A stretch of 64,000 bases of DNA from Mustelus asterias (Eukaryota): contig NC_135804.1 of assembly GCF_964213995.1 (NCBI RefSeq), positions 68,696,001-68,760,000 on the forward strand, written 5' to 3'. Made by a program: the position numbers and the translations under genes. Under the pieces are notes generated by a model. It worked only from the letters and a program-made list of their open reading frames with translations, was not told the DNA's origin and made no database searches. Positions 34,870 to 48,401 of this stretch are shown here, in pieces (position 1 is the stretch's first letter; every line of letters begins with the position of its first letter).

Positions 34870-35196
34870 ATGTGGAAATGTTGGCGTTGGACTGGGGTAA
34901 ACACAGTAAGGAGTCTAACAACACCAGGTTAAAGTCCAACAGGCTTATTTGGTAGCAAACGCCACTAGCTTTCAGAGCGCTGCTCTTTCGTCAGATGGAG
35001 TGGAAATCTGCTCTCAAACAGGGCACAGAGACACAAAACAGTTAAAGTGTCTCTATGTCTTGTGTCTCTGTGCCCTATTTGAGAGCAGATTTCCACTCCA
35101 TCTGACGAAGGAGCTGCGCTCGAAAAGCGAGTGGCGTTTGCTACCAAATAAACCTGTTGGACTTTAACCTGGTGTTGTTAGACTCCTTACTGTGTT
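34870..35196. mobile_element. Palindromic Penelope-like remnant
   Basis: Inverted arms (mirror ORFs 34949+ and 34965-); 13-bp TSD TACCCAAATCCAG at 34857-34869 and 35197-35209. Confidence 0.8.
34962..34998 (-). ncRNA. Minimal hammerhead ribozyme motif
   Basis: Minus strand reads ccat-CTGACGA-a-agagc agc gctct-GAAA-gcta-gtgg; perfect 5-bp stem II; CUA cleavage triplet. Confidence 0.7.
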
Positions 35197-36522
35197 TACC
35201 CAAATCCAGGTCATTAGAACACATCAACAACAGCCAAGACCTTAGTACCATCCTTGAGGGGACACCACTTTGTACTTGAACATAACCACTCTCTGCTTTT
35301 TGATCAATTTTGTATCCACACTTACCCTTTAATCCCATGTATATATGCAATGCGAACTATGGTACCCTTATCAACCCCCTTCATCAAATTAATGAGACAC
35401 AATTTACCTTAGACAAATCTGTGCTTTTCATCATGCCTTAAACCACACGTTTCCAACTTTGGCTCAGGTTATGGTCGCTTAATGATTCTCTTCCCACTAG
35501 CTGATTTTTCTACTTTAAGTAGTGCCAACATTTATGTATGACATTATCTTGTTATCTATTTATTTCTAGCCAATTTCTCTACTATCTCCACCTGCATTGG
35601 AACATTGGCAGCATCCTGTTCTTTAGTGGAAACAAAGCTGAAACATTTGCAGATACCTTCAGCCAGAAATTCCAATTGAATGATCCATCTTGGCCTCCTC
35701 CTGAGGTTCCCACAATCACAGTGTCTGCCTCAACTAACTCAGTTCACCCAACATATCAAGAAATGGCTGTGAACATTGGATTTAGCTTTTCTTTAAAAAG
35801 TGCTCATGAGGGCCCTGACAACATCTCAACAGTAGCACTGGAGACCTGTGCCAAACCAGTCAAACTGTTCCCATAGTCAAGATGTTCCCATAAAGCTGGG
35901 ATGCTGGCATCTACCTGCCAATGTGGAACATTGACCAGGTCAGTCCTGCCCACAAGCAGAAAAACACAAATCATTCAATTATAGCCCCATCAAAAATATT
36001 CTTGACTATCAAGAAGGTAATGGGACCTGTCTTCAACAGTACTATTGAATTCCAATTACTCAGCAATAACCTACTCACAGATGCCCAATTTGTGTTCATA
36101 TGAATTAATTCACCGTTTCCGATGTCTTGTGCCCTGGGTCTGTGGATTTGGAAAGTCAGTTACTCATTAGTCACTGTTTATACCAGATTTCCCATAGCAA
36201 ATCCTTGTTTCTGGGATTAACATCCCAGCAAGGAGCAAAATGGATTCACCTAAAGAACCTAAAAATTTTGTAATTTCAAATTTCTGTAAAAATATAAATA
36301 CATCTTCAGATGTTAACAAACAAGAGTTAATCTTCTGCTAGTTTGCAAAGGGGTGGAGTAAAGATGGACATCATTACATCACCACCCTTCTTTTGATTTA
36401 CTCTCACAAGAACACAGTCAGGGACTAAATCTTAATTAACAATCTGTCCTTTTGCTCAGTATCCAATCTCAAAATGGTCCTTTTTCACTGTGCCAATTGT
36501 GTCAGGAATAACCAAAATGAAT

Positions 36523-36845
36523 TCATAGAATTATAGAATCCCTACAGTGCAGAAGGAGGCCAATTGACCCATCGAGATTGCAGCGACCACAGTTCCACCC
36601 AGGCCCTATCTCCGTAACCCCATGTATTTACCCTAGCTAATCCCCCTGACACTAAGGGGAAAATACACAGGCCAATCAACCTAACCCACACACCTTTGGA
36701 GTATGGGAGGAAACCGGAGCACCCGGAGGAAACCCAAGCAGACTTGGGGAGAACGTGCAAATTCCACACGGACAGTCACCCAAGGCCGGAATTGAATCAC
36801 GGTCCGTGGCGCTGTGAGGCAACAGTGCTAACCACTGTGCCGCTG
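36523..36845 (-). mobile_element. HE1-type SINE
   Basis: Same head, core and tail as the other copies, more diverged. Confidence 0.85.
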
Positions 36846-37206
36846 TGAATTATGTCAATGCTTCTTATGTTCTATTTGTATACTTCCAATATGCCTGTAA
36901 TTTAAATTGAAGACAAGGTCAATTCCCCAGAAAGCCCAAAACAAAGAAAACTGTGAACATCCACAATATTAAACACAGATTCTCACAGCTCATAAATTTC
37001 AAAATTAATTCTCAGTATTCTCTTGCAGCTATAATATCTGGAAGAGACAGAGCACTACAAACTCACAACCCCTTCATTATAATTAAAATAACAAAGATCC
37101 TCCATTCTCCTTCATTACAACTTAACTTATTCCAATGTCTGATTTCATAGGCATCACCTATACTTTGTTGATTCAAAAGTTCAAACGCATTCCAACCCAA
37201 ACATAT

Positions 37207-39174
37207 TGTTATGGTTCAGGTCAGAAACCCCACAGTGTTCTATGGAGCCCGTCTGGATCATAAGTTTTGCATCTTGAATTTGGCAAGGATAAGCATGATA
37301 TGTTTCACTTCAGGTATGATTCAAATGATCCACTATGGAGCTTTTCTCAAACAAAGTTTATTTAAGAATATAGTTAACATGAGTAGAAGGGGATTCTAAT
37401 TAGCGAGGAGGATAACATAGGTTTAATTCCAGCAATACATGGGAGGGAAGAGTTAAAATGAATTTTACTCAACATTGGATATTAATGTTATTTTAATCAT
37501 ATGTGAATGCATTTAATTGAAGTGAAATTATATATTATGCCTCTGTATGCAAAGCATCATTATTCAACCGAGAAAACATCTTTTAAATAATATGTATTAA
37601 CAAATTTAACGTCTGTGAAATACAGAAAAGGCAGTTATGGAATTTGAATGTTCATGATCTGCTGAACAAGTAATATAATGTTTCAATATAAAAACAAACA
37701 ATGCAACATTGAATTTGGAATATTTGATTATGTGTGATGTTATTAACTGATAATGAAAAGTTTTATGGAATGTAATAGTTTTAAACTTAATATTTTTAAA
37801 TGAATCATGATTTTAAATGTGGAAGGTTTTATGTTTAAATTAAAAAGAATGTAGTAATGTGCTTTAAATATTTTTAAATCCGAGTCGAGAAATGAGAATT
37901 ATGCAGCAAACTACAAATTCGGAAACTCACAACTTAGTTAGTAAAGAAATACAATGTTTCAAATTAGGTACAGTTAATGAAACACATTTGGCCAGTGTCG
38001 ATCTTCAGGGCCCAAAATTGGCGCTGTTTATGCATTGGCAACATGCCACTGATAAGATGGGCCAGGAGTAGCATCCCTAGAAACAAAGCTGAAAGGAAAT
38101 GGATTAATGCCAATTGGTAGAAATCCGGTATTGGAATAAATCAATCAATATGTCACTAAATCAGGTGGCATATCACAATTGGCTGAGGTATTCTGTTATA
38201 TTAAGATTGACACATCAATAATGAAATAGAATCGAATTAAGCTAATTAAGCTTAGATAAGAGAAAGATATAATTGTATTGAATTTTGGCACAAAGATGAG
38301 ATTTTTGGAAGGTTTAGTGATACTCGGTGTTGCTTGGCAATCTGAGGATCTCCCTTCAGCCATTGTTTTATGTCCATGTCTGTCAATGTAAGTTCTATAT
38401 GTTTTAATAAATCTTGGTAAGCTTTTAAACTGAAGGTTTTTGGTTTGTGAGATTTAATTTTTTTAATATTTTTTTCTAAGGAATCAAGCCACCATTCGAA
38501 AGTTCCCCACTTCAACATGTATACTAAGAAAATTGCCAAGAACTCTTATCAATTACAAACAAGAAACAAAACAACTACTATAATGTATAACCTGTAACAA
38601 ACATATCTAACATGTTCCAATCAAACCAACCCCGTAGACAAAAGACCCTTTTCACAGGTTTAACACAGCAAAGATTAATGTTCACGAGACATTGGACTTG
38701 AGTCCTTTGGATGAAGTCTGCAGTTCTCTGGACTGACTCAGAACAGTTTGAAGTCAGAAGAGCTTCCCAAAGCACCAGGGGCTCTAGGCAGTCACCATCA
38801 GCAGATTCCCCCCATCAGAAAGGCAAGACCTTGCTTTCAGCTAGCCAGCAAAATTTCCAAGACCAGGGAGAGAGAGACTTCTTTTCAGTTTGCTGTCCCT
38901 TCTAAAAACTAAAAACTGCAGCTCCAAACTGAAAATGAAGAAGACTCCTATCATCTGGCCTGCCAACCAGTTTCTCTCCTCACAATGCACAGACATAAAC
39001 ATCCCAGTAAAATTAAACAAACCCCTATTTAAGCAACAAGAAAAGGACATCTCCAGTCAAGCCAGCAACAAATGAAATCAACTGAGGTTGTGAGCCAAGA
39101 AAACACTGAAGCTGAGAGAGCTGCAGAGATCCTGATTTTAAAAAAAACCTCTCAAACGGTACGCTAACGTCACA
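37207..39174 (-). repeat. Solo LTR (Gypsy-type) containing a 1.1-kb AT-rich insert
   Basis: TGTTATG...CGTCACA with 4-bp TSD ATAT at 37203-37206 and 39175-39178; antisense AATAAA at about 37357. Confidence 0.7.
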
Positions 39175-39573
39175 ATATTAACACCTGGAACACGTTTGCT
39201 CTTTATATGGGGGTGATGCGACAAGCCAAAATTTCACTTATTCCAAATTCCTCCAAACTATGCTTAAAATTTCCATATTTAACTGGTATTGTTGAGTACC
39301 CACAAATTCACAATTAAATCAAATATCACTTAAACAAGCAAGTTTCCAGGTAATTCAGCAACAAATCAACTGTCTGCTAAAATGGTTAACTTTTCGACAG
39401 AATTGAGGATTGGAGATTGGGTGGAGAAATCTCAACAAGCAATTGCATCACCTTACATAATTTAAGTCTATTTTCATGTCATTTTGTTTGTCTATCCCTT
39501 TTCTTAAACCAATTTCAATTTCCAATATCTTTTACTTAATCAAAGTTGCAAGAAATAAGTTGTGAAACACAGA

Positions 39574-40918
39574 ATCATAGAAATCATGCAGCATAGAAGG
39601 GGGCCATTTGGCCCATCTTATCCATGCTGACCCAGATACCCAGGTGCACTTTCTAATCCCATCTTTCTGCACAAGGCTAATAGTCCAACAACTTACACCA
39701 CTTAAGATGCGGATTCAGGTACTTTTTAAATGAGCTTAGGATCTCTGCCTCCACCACCAACTCAGGCAGTGCATTCCAGCCAGCCACCAGCCTCCGTGTA
39801 AAAAAACCTTTTTCCTCATGTCCCCTCTAATCCTTTTACCATTTAGCTCGAAACTATGGCTTATATTTGTTGAACTCTCTGCCAAGGGAAAGAGGTTTCT
39901 TCTATCTACTCTCTTCCTAGCCCTCAATCATGTCACCTCTCAGCCTTCCAAGGTTGGAGTTGTTTCCAAGGAAAACAACCCACGTCTCCAACATCACCTC
40001 ACAGCTACAATTCTTCAGACCTGGCAACATTGTCGTATATCTGCTCTGCACTCTCTTCAGAGCAATTACATCCTTCTTCTAATGTAGTGATCAAAACTGT
40101 TCACAGTATTCCAGTTGTGGGCTAACTCTTGTCTTTTATAGTCTCATCATTATATTTCTACTTTTGTACTCTATACCTCTACCAATTAAGGAGAGCATTC
40201 CATATGCCTTCTTCACAATCTTATCTACCTCCACAGTGGTTAGCACTTCTGTCCCATAGCGCGAGGGACTCGAGTTCAATTCTGGCCTCAGGTCACTGTG
40301 GAGTTTACACATTCTCTCCGTGCCTGCATGGATTTCCTCTGGGTGATCAGTTTTTCTCGCACAATCCAAAGATGTGCAGAGTAGGGTGATTGGCTATGCT
40401 AAATTTCCTCTTAGTGTCAGGGGGGTTAGCAGGGTAAATACGTGGGGTTACAGAGATAGGGCCTAGGTGGGATTGTTGTCAGTGCAGGCTCGGTGCGCTG
40501 AATGGCCTCCTTCTGCGCTGTAGGGATTCTATGATTCTATTCTATGATATCTGTACTGCCACCTTTAGGGACCTCTGCATGTGCACAGCAAGATCTCTCA
40601 CTTCAGCTACCCCTCTCAGTATATTCCTGCTTATTGTGCATTCCCTTTTATTGTTTAACCTCATTAAATGTATGACCTTACACTTATCAGAACTGAACTC
40701 CATCTGCCACTATCTTGCCTACTCTACCAATCTATCTGGATCATTTTGGAGCTTGCAGCTGTCCTCGACACTTTCCACCAAACGGCCGAGTTTTGTGTCT
40801 GCAAATTTCCCAATCATGCCCCTCCATGTTCAAGTCCAAATCATTAATATATAAAACAAACAGCGGTAGCCTCAACACCGAGTCCTGCATACCACCACTT
40901 GAAACAGCTTTCCATTAG
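39574..40918 (-). mobile_element. Degraded CR1 3' fragment with a nested HE1-type SINE (about 40232-40546, +)
   Basis: VKKAYGML and NLFPLAE motifs; SINE head and tail inside. Confidence 0.85.
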
Positions 40919-40920
40919 CA

Positions 40921-42980
40921 TGTGTTGTTAAGTGAATTTTAACAAAAGTTTTTTATTTCAAATGTTTTGGAAAGTTCAAATTGAATTGCTGCCAAACTCA
41001 AGCTTATTTTATGATTTGGAAACAGACTGGCTTAACAATTCCTAAACATGTAGAGCTCAAACATAATCTTTTTGAATAATAACTCAGTTTGAATTTCTTT
41101 TAAATGGAATTTCACAACAGTTCAAATGAAATCAAATTGTATTTCCTATCCAAGCTAATGCGACAATTTTTCCCTCAGGACTAATTATGACAATAAACAG
41201 AAGTTAGGTGGAGTAATTGTAGATTGGGAGATAGGAAATTAAAATTTGGTATCTGTAAAATACTAAGGGGAAATGCATTCTGTGGTCCCATTAAAAGGTG
41301 GTGATTTGTCTAAGCTTAGAGATTTAAAATGCAAGTACAGAGAGAGCCCAAACTAAAACATTAGGATTGAAAGGCCAAGGAGCTGTTTTTACCAAGATGA
41401 CAGCCGTTTGAATTTAGCCAATCAACTTTTTTCAGGCACGTAGACACCAAAAACCTATTAAATTTAAATCTGATGGTTTTGGCAACCTAGAACCAATCCT
41501 ATTGTGGGAAATATTGATATGACATCACTGGTATAAAATAAAGGGGCAGTGGGACAAAGAGGGTAGAGCAACAGCCAGCTGCCAGAGCTGATTACTATAG
41601 TAAAGCGTTTGACAAAGTCCTTCATGGTAGGTTGGTGCAAAAGGTTGGATCTCATGGGATAAAGGGGGAGGTGGCTAGATGGGTGGAGAACTGGCTTGGT
41701 CACCGAAGACAGAGGGTGGTAGTGGAAGGATCTTTTTCCGGCTGGATGCCTGTGACTAGTGGTGTTCCGCAGGGCTCTGTATTGAGACCTCTGCTGTTTG
41801 TGATTTATATAAACGATCTGGAAGAAGGTGTAACTGGGGTGATCAGTAAGTTTGCAGACGACACGAAAATGGCTGGACTTGCAGATAGTGAGGAACATTG
41901 TCAGAGGCTACAAAAGGATATAGATAGCCTGGAAATTTGGGCAAAGAAATGGCAGATGGAGTTCAATCCAGATAAATGCGAAGTGATGCATTTTGGTAGA
42001 ACTAACGTAGGGGGGAGCTATACGATAAATGGCAGAACCATAAAGGGTGTAGATACGCAGAGGGACCTGGGTGTTCAAGTCCACAGATCCTTGAAAGTGA
42101 CGTCACAGGTGGAGAAGGTAGTGAATAAGGCATATGGCATGCTTGCCTTTATAGGACGGGACATAGAGTATAAAAGTTGGGGTCTGATGTTGCGGTTGTA
42201 TAGAACGTTGGTTCGGCCGCATTTGGAATACTGCGCCCAGTTCTGGTCGCCACACTACCAGAAGGACGTGGAGGCTTGAGAGAGAGCGCAGAGGAGGTTT
42301 ACCAGGATGTTGCCTGGTATGGAGGGGCTTAGTTATGAGGAGAGATTGGGTAAACTGGGGTTGTGCTGACTGGAAAGACGGAAGATGAGGGGTGACCTAA
42401 TAGAGGTGTATAAAATTATGAAAGGCATAGATAGGGTGAACGATGGGAAGCTTTTCCCCAGCTCGGTGGTGACGTTCACGAGGGGTCATAGGTTCAAGGT
42501 GAGGGGGGGAGGTTTAACACGGATATCAGAGGGACGTATTTTACACAGAGGGTGGTGGGGGCCTGGAATGCGCTGCTGGGCAAGGTGGTGGAGGCGGACA
42601 CACTGGGAACATTGAAGACTTATCTGGCTAGCCACATGAACGGGATGATAGGGAGTGGGATAGCTTGATCTTGGTTTCAGATAAAGCTCGGCACAACATC
42701 GTGGGCCGAAGGACCTGTTCTGTGCTGTACTGTTCTATGTAACGGAGTGGGAATGGAGGGATACAAAAGAATGGTCTAGTTTGGACTAGGGAGCGACGCG
42801 GGCTTGGAGGGCCGAAGGGCTTGTTCCTGTGCTGTATTGTTCTTTGTTCTTTATCCATAGCTCATTGATCTAGATTTTCACATTTTATACTAATGCTACT
42901 TGTATATAAGTGTATATACCATTTTTAGCTTAAATAAACATTTTTATTTTAAACTCGCGATAAAGCATCCATGATAATAT
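40921..42980 (+). repeat. LTR-like segment interrupted by CR1 41601-42852
   Basis: Starts with TG at a CR1 junction; CCAAT boxes at about 41419 and 41493, TATAAAA at about 41532, AATAAA at about 42933; 3' end not found. Confidence 0.4.
41601..42852 (+). mobile_element. 5'-truncated CR1 with a small nested CR1 3'-UTR insertion (about 42645-42740)
   Basis: ORF 41632-42279 has RT motifs; (TTCTTTG)n tail. Confidence 0.92.
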
Positions 42981-42981
42981 T

Positions 42982-43333
42982 TTCATAGAAATCATAGAAC
43001 CCCTACAGTACAGAAAGAGGCCATTCAGCCCATCGAGTCTGCACCGACCACAATCCCACCCAGGCCCTACCCCCATTTCCCTACATATTTTTACCCACTA
43101 ATCCTTCTAATCTACGCATCCCAGGACAATAAGGAGCAATTTTACCATGGCCAATCAACCTAACCCGCACATCTTTGGACTGTGGGAGGAAACCGGAGCA
43201 CCCGGAGGAAACTCACGCAGACATGAGGAGAATGTGCAAACTCCACACAGACAGTGACCCAAGCCGGGAATCGAACCCAGGTCCCTGGAGCTGTGAAGCA
43301 GCAGTGCTAACCACTGTGCTACTGTGCCGCCAT
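42982..43333 (-). mobile_element. HE1-type SINE
   Basis: Near-identical to the 2362-2702 copy. Confidence 0.88.
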
Positions 43334-46300
43334 GACCCGCAACATGTACAATCTGTAAACTAAATGCTTGTAACATGAGCTGCCAACAAAATAATCTGGT
43401 GCTCTTGTCCTGAAATCTTTCCAGAAATGTCAAAGGATTGTGATCGGTATACACAATTGTCTCTGATGCATTGTTTGCAATGTAAACATTGAAATGTTTC
43501 AAGTCCAATAGCCAACTCAATAAATCTTTTTCATTGTATGAATATTTTTTCTATTTTTTTTATGACAAATAAGCGATTGGTCTTTCAATTGCACAATCAT
43601 CCTCCTGTAACAACACAGCTCCAACACCTACATCGCTTGTGTCGACGGTGACTTTGAAGGGTTCCAAAAAGTTTGGCATGGCTAAAACAGATGCAGTGGT
43701 TAACATTGCTTTTAAATTCTCAAATGCCACCTGGCATTGTTCTGTCCACCGAAATTGTGTTTTTTTAAACAAATCTGTCAACAGTGCCACTATGCCACTA
43801 AAGTTTGGTACAAATTTCCTGTAGAATCCAATCAATCCCAAAAATCATAGTAATTCCTTCAAGTATGATCTTGGAAATTCCTCGAGGACCTTTGTCTTCA
43901 TGTTTCTTGGTGTCATTCGTCCATATCAAATATTGTGCCCTAAAAATGTCACCTCTGCCTTCGCAAATTCTGTTTTTGCCAAGTTTATGACCAACTTTGC
44001 CTTCCGTAGTTGCTCAAAGAGCTCTGCCCAATGCTCCATGTGATCTTTCCACGAATGGCTAAAGATCACTAAGTCATCAATGTAGGCATCGCAATTAGTC
44101 AATCCTGCAACAACTCTCTTCATAAGCCTTTGAAAAGTAGTGGCTGCATTTTTCATTCCAAAGGTCATTACTTTTTATTGACATTGCCCATTTGGGGTTA
44201 CAAAACTAGGAACTTCTTTTGCCCTCTCTGACAAAGTAAGCCCAACTTTGTGATGTAAGTGGTTTGTCCTACTTTTTCCGCACAATCCTCCAGCCTTGGA
44301 ATTGGAAATGAGTCAGATTTAGCCACAGTGTTGGCCTTCCGATAATCTATGCAGAATCATTGCTTACCATCAGGTACCAACATGATCGGCGACCTCCACT
44401 CGCTTTGACCTGGCTCTATGATGTTTTCTTGGAGCATTGCTTCCACTTCCTTCTGAACCTGTGCGGCTTTGAGAGGATTTGGCCGGTAGGGATGTTGTTT
44501 TGTTGGAATAGCATTGCCTCCATCAACCTCATGTACCATGCTATGCCTTAGTCCTCCCCATTCTATTTCCACATAGGTCCTCATAGTACTGTAACAAGTC
44601 TTTCAATTCAGTTCTCTGTTCCTGGGACACTTAACTCACTACCCTATTCCAGTCCTTAAGGACTTCATTATTCAATTTATTCTGAAGCACATTAAAATCC
44701 AAATCCTCTGGATTTGATTCCTCACTCTGAGGGCCCGATTTTACCGAAAACGGGCGCGAAATCGTGGTAAAGTTGGGCGTCGGGCCTAAAACGCGATCCA
44801 GATCCGACCCAAGGCCAATCGCACCTTTACCAACGGGCCAATCCGGGCGCCGATCCGGCGTGTGCCCAAATCGGCCAGCGGACAGATTTAAATGCATTTG
44901 CATGCATTTAAATCGGCATAATGAAGCCCGCGCCGAACTTACCCAAGGATTCCCACTTTACGAGGCTGCGATCCGATCCCTGGGGGGGCGGGGTGTGGGG
45001 GGGGCGGGGGGGGGGGCGGAGACGTCACATCACCCCCCACCCCCCCTCAGGGAAGAGACATCACATCCCCCCCCCTCAGGGAAGAAACGTCTGATTCCCC
45101 CCCTACCCCGCCCTCAGGGAAGAGATGTCACATCCCCCCCCCACCCCCCCCCCCCCCCCCCCCCCCACCCTCAGGGAAGAGAACTCACATCCCCCCCTAC
45201 CCCCTCCAGGGAAGAGACGTCACATCCCCCCCCCCCAACCAGGGAAAGTCAAAGGCAGCGCAGACAGCAGTGCTGTCAGCGCTGCCTTTGACTTTCGCGC
45301 TCACGCGTGCTGAGTGCTGTCGGCCCCAAACTGCGCATGCGCAGGTCGGTGCTCCGACAGATGCAAATGCGCTTGGCCCCGCCCACTGGACCCGCGCTGA
45401 AGAAAGGCGTATGGGGGCGCTCGAGCATGGCTGCCGGGCGCGGGTCTGATTTACGACTGCACCCGGCACTTAGAGCCGATTTGGTAAAATCGGCCCCTGA
45501 GTGGCAGTAAGTAATACCTATTTCTCTGGTTCCCTTTCACTGTCATAGTACTGCTTTAGCATATTCACTTGACATACCCCATAATTTTTTCCTCTCTGGA
45601 ATCTTTACCAGATATTCATCTGACTTAACTTCTCGATCGGATAGGGACCACTAAACCTTGCTCTGAAGGGATCTTCTACCACTGGTAATAGCATCAAGAC
45701 TTTATCCCCACGGACAAACGTACAGATTTTAGGTTTCTTATCTGCTTCTTCCTTCATTACATGCTGTGCCACCTTCAAATGTTGTCCAGCTAATTCACCT
45801 ACTCTGTTTAATCTGTTTCTAACCTCAGACACATAATCCAACTGTGAAATCTCTGATTTCGGACCTACCAACTTTTCTTTAATTAACTTTAAAGACCCTC
45901 TTACTTTCTGTCCGAATATCAATTCAAATGCAGTAAACTGATTCATTTGGAGCATCTCTAATAGCAAATAATATAAATGGGATAACTTAATCCAAATCAT
46001 TTGAGTAATCCTGGCAATAATCACTCAACATGGTTTTTAGGGTCTGATGCCACCTTTCCAATGCACCCTGGGATTCAGGATGGTACACACTTGATGTAAA
46101 GTATCTGATGCCGAAATGATCCATGATCTCCTTAAATAATTTGGCAGTAAAATTGGACCATTGGTCCGACTGAATCTCCCTGGGTAATCCATAATGGGTA
46201 AAGAAAGTGAGCAACTCCTCCACAACTATTTTTGCCTTGACATTCCATAATGGAATTGCTTCTGGAAATCTGGTAGACCCATCAATTATGGTGAGTAAAT

Positions 46301-48401
46301 ACTTTTGGTTTTAGGTAGAGGACCTATACAATCAATTATAACCCATGTAAAGTGTTCTTCAAATGCAGGAATTGGCATCAGAGGTGCTGGTTTTATCACT
46401 GCCTATGGCTTTCCTTCCATCTGACATGTATGACAGGTATGGCAAAATTCAACCACATCTTTATGTAACCCAGGCCAATAAAAATGCTTCAGTATCTTAG
46501 CCAGAGTCTTCCTCACTCCTTGATGATCTCCTACCAGGTAATTGGTGTGCTCCCCGCAATACTCCCTGTCTGTATTCTACCGGCAACACAATCTGGTGAA
46601 TTTCTGCTAATTTCTCATCTGCAGTAAACCGCCAAGGTCTCCACTTCCGCCTTAAAATTTTATCCTTAAGGCATTCTGGAATACATTCTGGAATAGCATT
46701 CTGGAATACACTCCGATTCCTTTTCCAAGTTGGCTTTATGATACAAATCCTTTATCATCTCATCTTTTCATTGTAACTCCATTAATCTTTCAGAACTAAA
46801 CACTCTGCCTGATCTTCTACCTGCTTAGGATTTTCCTTTACCATCTTATCAGAGTGTCAGCTAACTGGACCTCAACTCCCTCATCTTTCTTCTTTTGTTT
46901 TCCCTTCTGTTTTAATTTATGGCTGAGGGATTTTGTCACCACATGGTCTGGAAAAATTCCAGAGTATTTTTCTTTTAACTCAGTTCCCTGTTTTTCTTTT
47001 GGCTTTTCCACTACAATGGGTATCACTCGTGATCCAGCTATATCGTTTCCTAGAATAAACTGTATTCCTGGAATAGCCAAGTTTTCTATCACTGACTCTC
47101 ACTTCCCCAGTCTTGATTGGTCTTTCTAGCCTTATCTTACACAGGAGAATATTACTCTTCTCTATTTATTGCACAGATTACCACTCTCTCAGACAATATT
47201 TCAGACGGAGTGCAAATATTTTCATCTCTTACTATTAGAGACAGACGAGCTCCCATATCTCTCAATATTTTAACTTCTTTACCTACTCTCTCTGTTCTAC
47301 CTGAGTAAATCTTACCCACACAGGCGAAGTCTTTGAAAAGATCGGGCGCTATCTTACCATCCAGCCTATGCCTAGGCTATGCACTCTCCTTCAGCTCCAC
47401 GGCCTCTCTCAGGATTTCCTTCAGTGCCTTAACTAATCCCACTGGTTGAGCCTCCTTTACCACATCCTTTTCCCCAGTGCCTTTCTTAAGCCACCAGCAC
47501 TGAGACTGTGTGTGTCCCACCTTATTACAGTGCAACACCTAAGGTCTTTCACCTCTTTTCCACCCCCTTGGGTTTCTTTTTTCACATGTGGCAAACTGTT
47601 CCCAGTGTGATCTACATTTTGTTTTTCATTGAAGGATCTCCCTCGTTCATTCCCAATTTCTATCCTTCATGGAATGAGATTGCTGTCAGAAGCTAGTTTT
47701 CCATTTGTGCACTAATGTGTATTCTTCTGCCATCGCTGCAGCTTTTCTCGTTGTTTTAACTTTCTGTTCCTCAACATGAGTTCTTATCACTTTTGGAAGT
47801 GAGTTTTTAAACTCCTCCAGCAGAATAATATCTCAAAGATATCTCATATTTCTTTTCTATCTTTAATGCTCTCACACATCCATTGAAGTTGCTCTGTTTA
47901 ATTCTTTCAAACTCGATACAAGTCTAACCAGGTTCCTTTCTTGCATTTCTGAGCCTTTGTCTATATGCTTCTGGTACCAATTTGTAGGCACTCATTGCCT
48001 TTTTTACTTCTTCGTATTCTCCAGACACCTCCTCTGACAGTGCTGCAAACACCTCCGTAGCCCTGCCTACCAATGTGGTCTCAATTAAGATTCTTCATAC
48101 TTCCTCTGGTCAGTTCAGCTGCATATCCAATTTCTCTAAGAAAATGAAAAAGGCTTTTCATCTTTTTAAAAAATTAATTTTGGTAATGTTTGGACATATT
48201 TGTACATATCCCTATCAGGTGGTTGGCTACAATGAGGTTGCTCATCAGCATTTCTATCATTTGAAATCATTTTGCTTCAAGTTCCAACTTCATATTTTCC
48301 AACTCTAACATTCTTTCCCTTTCTTCATCTTCTGACTCCAGTCCTTTAAGTTCACTTTCTAACTCCAATTGTCTCATTTGCAATTTAATTTTTTCCAACT
48401 C
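43334..48401 (-). mobile_element. Degraded Gmr1-type Ty3/Gypsy retrotransposon (gag-PR-IN-RT-RH order)
   Basis: From high to low coordinates: gag (ILLEEFKNSLP at about 47810), protease region (FILGNDIAG), integrase (HFYWPG..C..C, IQSDQ, YHPESQGALER), RT (QHPYR, FGMKNA, YIDD), RNase H (DTSDVGVGAVL, VYTDHNPL). Confidence 0.88.
44731..45497. mobile_element. PIF/Harbinger-like MITE
   Basis: 15-bp TIRs GGGCCCGATTTTACC / GGTAAAATCGGCCCC (14/15 match); 3-bp TSD TGA; non-coding. Confidence 0.8.

Noticed and set aside
44764-45291. Proline/glycine-rich 175-aa ORF
   Set aside because: Translation artefact of the G and C runs in the MITE minisatellite.
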